A stretch of 64,000 nt of DNA from Alphaproteobacteria bacterium (GTDB lineage Bacteria; Pseudomonadota; Alphaproteobacteria; Bin95), in contig OZ219786.1 of the NCBI GenBank assembly GCA_964291285.2, positions 96,001-160,000 of the forward strand, given 5' to 3'. This document shows, piece by piece, positions 1-7,700 of the stretch. Position 1 is the stretch's first letter, and each line of letters opens with the position of its first letter. The notes under the pieces were generated by a model. The model saw nothing but the letters and a program-made list of their open reading frames with translations. It was not told where the DNA came from and searched no databases. The position numbers and the translations under genes were made by a program.

Positions 1-857
1 TCTCGCAGCCGGGCGGCCTCTTGCAGCACGGCCAGCGCCGCGTCGGAGAGCGGCACGCGGTGCGCCACGCGAGCCTTCATGCGCTCTGCCGGCACCGTCC
101 ACTGCCGCGCCTCCATGTCAATCTCTGCCCAGGCCGCGCCGCGCGCTTCACCAGAGCGCGCCGCCGTGAGCACCAGGAAGCGGAGGCAGAGCTTGGCCGC
201 CATGGAGGCGCTCGTTGCGTCCACCGTCGCCAGCGCAGCCGGTATCTCTGTATACGGCAGCGCCCGGAAGTGTGCGCCCAGGCGCGGCATGCGCGGCAGC
301 GCTGCGTCTATCACCTCGCCCGCCGGGTTCGCCTCCACATAGTCATGCGCCAGCGCCCAGGCGAAGACGGAGCGGATACGCTGCCGCACGCGCCGCGCCG
401 TCTCCGGCTTGGCCGCCCATATCGGCGTCAGCACCGCCAGCACATCGCGGCGCTCTATGCGGTCCAGCGCCATCTTGCCCAGCTTCGGGAAGGCGTAGGT
501 GCGCAAAGTGTTGAGCCACTGCTGATTGTGCTTGCCGTTCTTCCAACGGGGCATATTAGCCGCGTGAACCTGCCGCGCGGCCTCCTCAAATGTCGGCATC
601 TTCGCCCGGTGCTTCTCCGCCACCGGGTCGCGCCCGTCTGCAATCGCCGCACGATGCTCGTCGGCCAGCTGCCGCGCCTTGGCCAAGGAGACCGTGGGGA
701 AGCCGCCCAGGCCAATCTCCCGCCGTCGCCCGTCCACCGTTGCCCGGAAAATCCAGCCCTTGCTCCCGCCGCTGGCGATGCGCAGATACAGGCCGCGCCC
801 GTCTGCGTGCATGCCCGGCTTGGTCAGTGCTTTCGTCTTTGCTGCTGTCAGTGTCAT
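1..857 (-). CDS. Tyrosine recombinase/P4-type integrase with N-terminal Arm DNA-binding domain (partial, runs off left edge)
   Basis: Not in ORF track. Manual translation from ATG at 857: MTLTAAKTKALTKPGMHADGRGLYLRIASGGSKGWIFRATVDGRRREIGLGGFPTVSLAKAR, typical of Arm-DNA-binding integrase N-termini; directly downstream of a tRNA 3' end. Confidence 0.9.
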   Translation of the reverse strand, partial: MTLTAAKTKALTKPGMHADGRGLYLRIASGGSKGWIFRATVDGRRREIGLGGFPTVSLAKARQLADEHRAAIADGRDPVAEKHRAKMPTFEEAARQVHAANMPRWKNGKHNQQWLNTLRTYAFPKLGKMALDRIERRDVLAVLTPIWAAKPETARRVRQRIRSVFAWALAHDYVEANPAGEVIDAALPRMPRLGAHFRALPYTEIPAALATVDATSASMAAKLCLRFLVLTAARSGEARGAAWAEIDMEARQWTVPAERMKARVAHRVPLSDAALAVLQEAARLR

Positions 858-860
858 GGT

Positions 861-883
861 TTTGCCCACCACTTTGCCCACCA
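861..883. repeat. Direct repeat TTTGCCCACCA x2 (12-bp period), probable integrase arm-type binding sites
   Basis: Copies at 861-871 and 873-883, between integrase start and tRNA 3' end; function inferred. Confidence 0.55.
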
Positions 884-997
884 GAACAAGCGGCACAATA
901 CAGCACGGAAAAAGACAACGCAAGACAGAAATACAGCTCTATGCCTTGTTGTGCTTAGGTTTTTACGGGCAGCAGTGGACTGTGCAAAACAGGCTTA

Positions 998-1087
998 TGG
1001 CGGATGGGGAGGGATTCGAACCCTCGGTGGACTTGCGCCCACGCCGGTTTTCAAGACCGGTGCATTCAACCGCTCTGCCACCCATCC
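998..1087 (-). tRNA. tRNA-Ser(UGA)
   Basis: Reverse complement GGATGGGTGGCAGAGCGGTTGAATGCACCGGTCTTGAAAACCGG...GGGTTCGAATCCCTCCCCATCCGCCA; 90 nt, long variable arm, TGA anticodon, CCA end. Confidence 0.95.
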
Positions 1088-1188
1088 GGCAGGCCGGGCC
1101 GGGCTCGCGCCGGCTCCGTGCAGCAGCCGCACCATCCTGCTAGGCTGGCCGCTCTGGAACAAGCCGGATTACGAAAGGCGCGTCTTCC

Positions 1189-2274
1189 ATGAAGGTCGGC
1201 ATTCTCTTCACCTCGCATCCGGACCCGAAGTCCGAGCCCTATCCGCACCAGGCCATCCACGAGCGCACCACCCGTGAAATCCTGGAGGCCGAGGAACTCG
1301 GCTTCGACAGCGTGTGGATCGCCGAACACCACTTCTCGAACAAGTACGGCATCCTGCCGGACCCGTTCAGCTATCTCTCCTATCTCGCTGCGAAGACGAC
1401 GAGAATCCAGCTCGGCGCCGCCGTGATGGTCGTGCCGCTGCACCATCCCATGCGGATCGTCGAGAATGCGGCCTTCGTCGATATCCTGAGCAACGGGCGC
1501 TTCCAGCTCGGCCTCGGCTCGGGCTACCGGCCCTATGAGTTCGAGGGCCTCGGCATCAGCTACGAGGAACGCCGCGAAATCCAGGCGGAGGCGATTCCGC
1601 TCATTCTCGACGGCTTCCACAAGAAGCGGGTGAATGCCGACGGCAAGTATTTCAGGATCGAGATGGACGAGATCTACGAGGTCTTCCCGCAGCCGGTCCA
1701 GCAGCCGCACCCGCCGTTCTACATGGGCGCCGGCACCGAAGGCTCGATCCGCATGGCGGCGCGGAACGGGTTCGGCCTGATGCAGTCGTCACTGCCTTCG
1801 GCCGCCACCATCGGCGAGCATATCGCGGTCTATCGCGAGCACATGGCGGAGGCGCCGGCCCCGTTCAACGCCAACCCGGCTTTCGGCGAGGTGGACGTGG
1901 TGCGCATGACCTATGTGGCGCCGACCGACGCCCGGGCCCGCGAGGAGAGCGAGGCCGGCATCACCCACCACATGAAGACGTTCCTGAGCGGCGCGGTCGG
2001 GCGCTATCTGGGCGACGTGACCGAGAAGGCGGACGAGAACCAGTTCGCCTACGAGCACCTGGTGAAGGACACCATCCTGCACGGCTCGCCGGACACGGTG
2101 CTGCGCAAGATCGAGGCCTTCCGCGACGTCGGCACGACCTCGCTGATGATCCACTATCCGCCCTATTACGGCGTCGAGCGCACGCTGGACATGCTGCGGC
2201 TCTTCGCCGCCGAGGTGCTGCCGGAACTGAAGCGGATGGAGGCACGGCCCGAGCCGCTCCGCGCCGCCGGGTAG
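1189..2274 (+). CDS. LLM-class (luciferase-like) flavin-dependent oxidoreductase
   Basis: AEELGFDSVWIAEHHF, LSNGRFQLGLGSGYRPYEF, GSPDTV motifs. Confidence 0.9.
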   Translation: MKVGILFTSHPDPKSEPYPHQAIHERTTREILEAEELGFDSVWIAEHHFSNKYGILPDPFSYLSYLAAKTTRIQLGAAVMVVPLHHPMRIVENAAFVDILSNGRFQLGLGSGYRPYEFEGLGISYEERREIQAEAIPLILDGFHKKRVNADGKYFRIEMDEIYEVFPQPVQQPHPPFYMGAGTEGSIRMAARNGFGLMQSSLPSAATIGEHIAVYREHMAEAPAPFNANPAFGEVDVVRMTYVAPTDARAREESEAGITHHMKTFLSGAVGRYLGDVTEKADENQFAYEHLVKDTILHGSPDTVLRKIEAFRDVGTTSLMIHYPPYYGVERTLDMLRLFAAEVLPELKRMEARPEPLRAAG

Positions 2275-2281
2275 CGCCCCG

Positions 2282-3430
2282 GTGGCCTGGGGGGAGATCA
2301 CCGAAGAGCGGCTGGCGGAAGCGGCCGCGCTGATCGGCAGGCCGTTGCGCCGCTCGCGCCTGCAATGGATCGAGACGGCGACGCGCGACGCCGTCCGCCA
2401 TTTCGCCTGGGGCGTGGGCGACGACAACCCGCTCTGGCTCGACGAGGACTATGCCAGGGCGTCGCCCGCCGGCGGTATCGTCGCGCCGCCCTGCATCCTC
2501 TACGCCGTGGACATGACCATCGTTGCGCCCAAGCTCTCCGGCGTGCAGTGGATTTATGCCGGAACCGACTTCACCTGGTTCGACCGCATCCGCCTGGATA
2601 TGCGCTTCGAGGTCGAGGCGCGGCTGGTGCGCCAGGAGATGAAGTCCGGCCGGCGCTTCGCCCGGTGGGTGCTGCAGACGGGCGAGGTGGACTACCGGGA
2701 CAGGAGCGATGGCCGGCTTGTCGCAAAGGCCGTCGGACAGGTGGCCCGGACGCCGCGCGGCGAGCAGCTGAAGGCGGAGCGGGGCGGCGAGGCGGCGAGC
2801 GCGGCCGCCCACCGCTACACGCCCGAGGAACTGGACGGGATCGAGCGCGAGGTCCTCGCCGAAACCCGGCGGGGGCCGGAGCCGCTCTACTGGGAGGACG
2901 TATCGGTCGGCGACGCCGTGCCGCCGGTGGTCAAGGGGCCGCTCACCATCACCGATATCGTCGCCTGGTATTCCGCGACGCAGGGCGCCATGCCCTATGG
3001 CGGGGCGCATGGGGACGCGGTGCGTTACCGCCGGCGCCACGACGACTACCACATCAATCCGGAGACGGGCGCCAAGGACGCGGCCGGCCGCGGCCATCTC
3101 GAAGCCGCCACCGGCCGCGATGTCGGCATGGGCGGCGCCTACGACGTGGGCCCGCAGCGCATCGCCTGGGCGCAGCACATGCTGACGGACTGGATCGGCG
3201 ACCACGGCTTCCTGCACCGGCTGAACGTCTCCGTGCGCCGGCCGAACCTCGTCGGCGACACGATCCGGTGGCGGGGCAGGGTGACGGCCAAGCGGGAGGC
3301 CGGCGGCGCCATGCTGGCCGATCTCGACGTCGAGGCGCGGAACCAGTCCGAAATCGTCTCGGCCTTCGGCACGGCCACCGTCGCGCTGCCCTCGCGGAAG
3401 AAGGGGCCGGTGCCCCTGCCGTTATTGTGA
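2282..3430 (+). CDS. Tandem MaoC/hot-dog-fold acyl-CoA dehydratase-like protein
   Basis: AVRHFAWGVGDDNPLW and LYWEDVSVGD..PPVVKGPLT hot-dog motifs. Confidence 0.8.
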   Translation: MAWGEITEERLAEAAALIGRPLRRSRLQWIETATRDAVRHFAWGVGDDNPLWLDEDYARASPAGGIVAPPCILYAVDMTIVAPKLSGVQWIYAGTDFTWFDRIRLDMRFEVEARLVRQEMKSGRRFARWVLQTGEVDYRDRSDGRLVAKAVGQVARTPRGEQLKAERGGEAASAAAHRYTPEELDGIEREVLAETRRGPEPLYWEDVSVGDAVPPVVKGPLTITDIVAWYSATQGAMPYGGAHGDAVRYRRRHDDYHINPETGAKDAAGRGHLEAATGRDVGMGGAYDVGPQRIAWAQHMLTDWIGDHGFLHRLNVSVRRPNLVGDTIRWRGRVTAKREAGGAMLADLDVEARNQSEIVSAFGTATVALPSRKKGPVPLPLL

Positions 3431-5130
3431 AGGAGGCGCGCCGGCTGCCCGTCGGCCCGGTCCCGGCATCCTTCGACGGGACCGGCCGGGCGCCGGCCTA
3501 TGCCGAAACCTGGCTCGCCATGGCAGGCGCGGAAGCCGCGTCCGGCGGCCCGGCAATCCGGCTCTGGGATTTCCAGGTGGGCATGGAAGGCAGCGGCGCG
3601 GACGCGTGCGCCGTTGCCGGACCGGCGGCCGCGATCGGCCATGCGGACGGTCCGGGCGTGCCGCTGCCGGCGGACATGCCGGAGAAATGGTGCGGACTTG
3701 TGGGCGCCATACTGGCGCTAGCGGAGGCCTGGCGCGGACAGGACGGCCGTGCACCTGAATACGATGTGTCAGCGGCGGACATCATGCGCACCTTCGCACT
3801 GCAGAACTCCGGCACGCCGGAGGAGCGGCGCCGCCTCTGGAAGCGCAACGGGCGTATCTGCGTCGAGCATGGCCTTATCTTTCCCATGGGCTTCTTTGCC
3901 TGCCGGGACGGCCATGTCGCGCTGCTCGGGCGCTCCCGGCGGGACTGGCGGCGGATCGCGGCGGCATTGGGCGACCCCGGATGGACGCGCCGGCCGGGCT
4001 TCGACAATCCGTTCGCCCTGGCGAGAGACAGCGCTGAAGCGGACGCGCTCCTGGAAGAAACGCTGGCGGACAAGGAGAGGGACGGGCTTCTGGCGCGCGG
4101 GCTGGAGGAAGGCGCGGTCATCGCTCCCGTTTACAGCTATGGCGAGGCGCTGGAGCGAGGCGTGTTCAGGCCCGGTTTCGAAGAGCCGGCCATGCCGTTT
4201 CTGGCGGAGCCGTCGGGCGGCGGGGGCGCCAAGGTCCGCCGGAAGCGGGGCGGCCCGGCAGGGCCGCTGGAGGGGCTTGTCTGCGTGGAGCTTTGCTGGA
4301 TCTGGTCGGGGCCGATGGTGGGCCAGTTGCTGGCCGATCTCGGCGCGGAGGTCGTCAAGGTCGAGTCTCCGGACCGCTTCGATCTCTACCGCACGCGCGG
4401 ACTGGAGCATTTGCGGGGCGAGATGGACGAGCATGTCCGGCTCGAAAGCTCGCTTTACTTCCACAGCCTGAACCGGAACAAGACCGGGCTTTCGCTCAAC
4501 CTGAAGTCGGAGGAGGGCAGGACCCGGCTGCTTGAACTGGTGGCCCGAGCCGACCTGCTGATCGAAAATTTCACCGTCGGGACGATGGAGCGGATGGGGC
4601 TCGGGCGCGAGGTGCTGGCACGCGCCAATCCGGGTCTGGTCAGCCTGTCGATGAGCGGGCCGGGCAAGGGCTCGTCGGTGGAGTGGCTCCGGTCCTACGG
4701 TCTGGTGCTGAGCGCGCTCGGCGGCGCGGAAATCCTGATCCGGGACGATGAGGGCGCCTTCATCGGCTCGCCGACCTTCTCGATCAGTGACCCGAATGCC
4801 GCCTGTTTCGGCGCGCTGGCGGTGCTTGCCGCCCTGGTTGCGGGGGACCGCGACGGCGAGGGCCGGGCGCTCGACCTCTCGCAGATCGAGGCCGCCGCGG
4901 CGCTCGCCGCAACGCCGGCCGTCGGCCCGCCGTATCCGATGACGGCGCCTGTAGTCGAACTCGACGACAGCGACGCCTCGCCTGCCTTCGCGGACTGTCC
5001 CGGCTGGATCGAGGCTCACCATCCCGTCACCGGCAGGGAACGGCTGGTGGCCGCGCCCTGGCGCGTGGACGGGAGACGCCCGCCGTTCCGCAAACCCGCA
5101 CCGATGCTCGAACGGGGAACCGAAAGATGA
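3427..5130 (+). CDS. Family III (CaiB/BaiF) CoA-transferase, degenerate N-terminal repeat plus C-terminal catalytic repeat
   Basis: GTG at 3427 overlaps upstream TGA; GPLEGLVCVEL, LLADLGAEVVKVE, LNRNKTGLSLNLK, LIENF motifs. Confidence 0.8.
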   Translation: MKEARRLPVGPVPASFDGTGRAPAYAETWLAMAGAEAASGGPAIRLWDFQVGMEGSGADACAVAGPAAAIGHADGPGVPLPADMPEKWCGLVGAILALAEAWRGQDGRAPEYDVSAADIMRTFALQNSGTPEERRRLWKRNGRICVEHGLIFPMGFFACRDGHVALLGRSRRDWRRIAAALGDPGWTRRPGFDNPFALARDSAEADALLEETLADKERDGLLARGLEEGAVIAPVYSYGEALERGVFRPGFEEPAMPFLAEPSGGGGAKVRRKRGGPAGPLEGLVCVELCWIWSGPMVGQLLADLGAEVVKVESPDRFDLYRTRGLEHLRGEMDEHVRLESSLYFHSLNRNKTGLSLNLKSEEGRTRLLELVARADLLIENFTVGTMERMGLGREVLARANPGLVSLSMSGPGKGSSVEWLRSYGLVLSALGGAEILIRDDEGAFIGSPTFSISDPNAACFGALAVLAALVAGDRDGEGRALDLSQIEAAAALAATPAVGPPYPMTAPVVELDDSDASPAFADCPGWIEAHHPVTGRERLVAAPWRVDGRRPPFRKPAPMLERGTER

Positions 5131-6713
5131 TCCGCATCATGGGCGAGACGCCGCATGCCGCCACGCTCCGCGATCTGGTGACGATGCGCGCTGCGCTCGG
5201 CGACAAGCCGCTGCTCATCTGCCGCGACGAGACCCTGACCTACGCCGATGCCGACCGGCTCTCGAACCGCGCCGCCAACGCACTGCTCCAGCGCGGCATA
5301 GGCAAGGGCGATGTGGTCGCGACCTTCATGTACAACTCGCTCGCGCAGGAGATCGTCTGGTTTGCCTGCGCCAAGATCGGCGCGGTTTACGCGGCCCTCA
5401 ATGTCTCGCTCGCGCGCGACGACCTCGCCTACAGCCTGAACGATACCGGCGCGAAGCTGCTGGTCGCGGACGACGAGCTGATGGATGTCTGCGAGGCGGC
5501 GGCGGACCGGTTTTCGTCTCCTCCGACAATTCTGGTGCATGGAGCGCCGCGCGCGGGATACGGCGCCTGGGAGGAGCTGCTGACAGGCTCGGAGGCGCTT
5601 CCCGAGGCGGAGGTGCGGCCGACCGACCCCGCGGCCATCGTCTATACGGGAGGCAGCACCTCCATGCCCAAGGGCGTGCTCGTCTCCCACCTCTATTACA
5701 TCGGCGCGGCCATTCGCTATGCGGAGATCGCCGAGGCCGGTCCCGACGACGTGCATTTTGCGAACTCGCATTTCTTCCATATCGGCGGCCAGCAATTCGG
5801 CGTCACCGGTCCGCTCTACACCGGCATGACCGGCGTGATGCACAAATGGTTCAGCGCCTCGCGCTACTGGGAGACTGTGCATCGACACGGCGCCACCATC
5901 ATCGACCCGCTGGGCACGATGATGTCCGTGCTGCTGCGCCGGCCGGAAAGCGGGCTCGACCGCTCGCACCGGGTAAAGGTCGGGGTGGGAATTGCGTCCG
6001 GCCAGGTGCGACGCGAGCTCCGCGACGAGTTCGAGGCCCGTTTCGGCATCCCGATGCTGGAGGTCTATGCGATGACGGAGATGGGCGTGCTGCTCTGCTC
6101 CGAGCGCCTGCACGACCGCAAGGCCGGCACCTGCGGCCGGCCGCACGGGTGGGCCGAAATCATGGTCGCAGATGCCGACGACAACCCGCTGCCTGCGGGC
6201 GAGACGGGCCAGCTGCTGCTGCGGCCCGGAGTGCCGAACACCTACATGATCGAGTACATCAACAAACCGGAGGCAACCCTCGCCGCCTGGCGGAATCTCT
6301 GGTACCACTCGGGCGATCTCGGCTGGCTCGACGAGGACGGCTATGTCCATTTCGTCGGCCGCGAGGCGCACTGGATCCGCCGGCGGGGCGAGAACGTCTC
6401 GGCCTTCGAGGTGGAGAAGGCGATCACGGCCCACGAGGCGGTGGTGGACTGCGCTTGCGTGGGCGTGCCCTCCGATCTCGGCGAAGAGGACATCAAGGCC
6501 TATGTGCAGGTCTCCGCGCCGGTCGAGCCGGGGGCGCTGGTCGAGTGGTGCCGGGAACGCATCGCCTATTTCAAGGCGCCGCGCTACGTCGAGTTCGTGG
6601 ACGAGTTCCCCCGCACGATGACCAAGAACGAAATCGCGCGCCACGAGTTGCGCGAACGCGGGATCGGTGCCTGCTGGGACGCGGAGGCGGATCGGATGGC
6701 GCCGGCTTCCTGA
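5127..6713 (+). CDS. AMP-dependent acyl-CoA ligase (CaiC-like)
   Basis: YTGGSTSMPKG, YAMTE, WYHSGDLG, IRRRGENVS motifs. Confidence 0.9.
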   Translation: MIRIMGETPHAATLRDLVTMRAALGDKPLLICRDETLTYADADRLSNRAANALLQRGIGKGDVVATFMYNSLAQEIVWFACAKIGAVYAALNVSLARDDLAYSLNDTGAKLLVADDELMDVCEAAADRFSSPPTILVHGAPRAGYGAWEELLTGSEALPEAEVRPTDPAAIVYTGGSTSMPKGVLVSHLYYIGAAIRYAEIAEAGPDDVHFANSHFFHIGGQQFGVTGPLYTGMTGVMHKWFSASRYWETVHRHGATIIDPLGTMMSVLLRRPESGLDRSHRVKVGVGIASGQVRRELRDEFEARFGIPMLEVYAMTEMGVLLCSERLHDRKAGTCGRPHGWAEIMVADADDNPLPAGETGQLLLRPGVPNTYMIEYINKPEATLAAWRNLWYHSGDLGWLDEDGYVHFVGREAHWIRRRGENVSAFEVEKAITAHEAVVDCACVGVPSDLGEEDIKAYVQVSAPVEPGALVEWCRERIAYFKAPRYVEFVDEFPRTMTKNEIARHELRERGIGACWDAEADRMAPAS

Positions 6714-6962
6714 CGGCGAGGCCTCGCCGGTCGTCAAAGCGTCGCCGCCCAAGGTCGGTCCGGTCGTTATTCGCTGCTCTTTCGGTGCGTTCATTTGCCT
6801 GCAGGCGTCGGTTCTTTCTCCGGTTCTCTTCTTCCGGGACATCGCATTGTTTCCGTTGCGCCGGGATGAAACCGGGCCGGACAAGCAGAGAAGCGACGCT
6901 GGCGCGGAGACGATTGGGCGCTATGATTGCGGCAACGCAAGCGGCGGGATTGGCCGGCAAGC

Positions 6963-7700
6963 ATGAGACTGCGGATCAAGTTGGGACTGGCATTCCTGGC
7001 CGGCGTTGCCCTTTCTCTCGCGCTGGTCGTATATGCCGCACTCGACACGTTCGACCGCGAACTCCGGACCGTTAAGGCGTCGCACTTCGGTTTCACCGTC
7101 GATGAAATCGCCCATGCGGTTACGGTCCGCACGGATCTGGGCCTTCGGCTCGAAACGATCCCGGAAATTGCGGCATTGCTGGACCGTACCCAGGCAGCCG
7201 ACCCGGATATCGACCGGTTGCTGGTTTTCGGAGCGGACGGCCGGGTCGTATTCTCCACCGACCAGACAGACCTCGGGACCACGATCGATGCCGGCGACCG
7301 GACCGGGCGCTGGATTGAGGCCGATGAGCGGGCGGTGACCGTGGGCAGCCCGCTGATCAACAATTTCGGCAAGGTGGTCGGAGGCGTCCTGCTGGAGAGC
7401 GAAGTCCGGCACAGCGCGCCGCTGCGCGAACGCGCGGCCATTACCGTTTTCGGCATTGCCGCCGGCGTATTCGCGGTCTGCCTCCTGCTCGTTTTCCTGT
7501 TTGCCCGCTGGGTGCTGCATCCGGTTCTCGACATGCTGAGGCGAAGCGACGCTTCGTTGCTGGCGATGGCGGAGGGCCAGACGGTAGAGCTGGAGGGGGC
7601 GCCGCCGTCGCTTGCGGGCTTCCATGACACTGCGGCGAGAATGCTGGCCACGATGGACGACGATGCGCGCGAGGTCGACCGGCTGGACCGGATCGGATGA
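6963..7700 (+). CDS. Membrane protein: TM-extracytoplasmic sensor-like domain-TM, no output domain
   Basis: ATG 6963 (MRLRIKLGLAFLAG); two hydrophobic segments flank DLGLRLETI...DPDIDRLLVFGADGRVVFSTD...PLINNFGKVVGGV; paralog of 13729-14481. Confidence 0.75.
   Translation: MRLRIKLGLAFLAGVALSLALVVYAALDTFDRELRTVKASHFGFTVDEIAHAVTVRTDLGLRLETIPEIAALLDRTQAADPDIDRLLVFGADGRVVFSTDQTDLGTTIDAGDRTGRWIEADERAVTVGSPLINNFGKVVGGVLLESEVRHSAPLRERAAITVFGIAAGVFAVCLLLVFLFARWVLHPVLDMLRRSDASLLAMAEGQTVELEGAPPSLAGFHDTAARMLATMDDDAREVDRLDRIG

Noticed and set aside
21-1277. 418-aa + strand ORF
   Set aside because: Antisense shadow of the integrase and tRNA-Ser; no recognisable motifs.
2365-3426. N-terminal extension giving a 921-aa CoA-transferase
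   Set aside because: Off-frame overlap with the MaoC gene, Arg/Pro-rich GC artefact; real start is likely GTG 3427.
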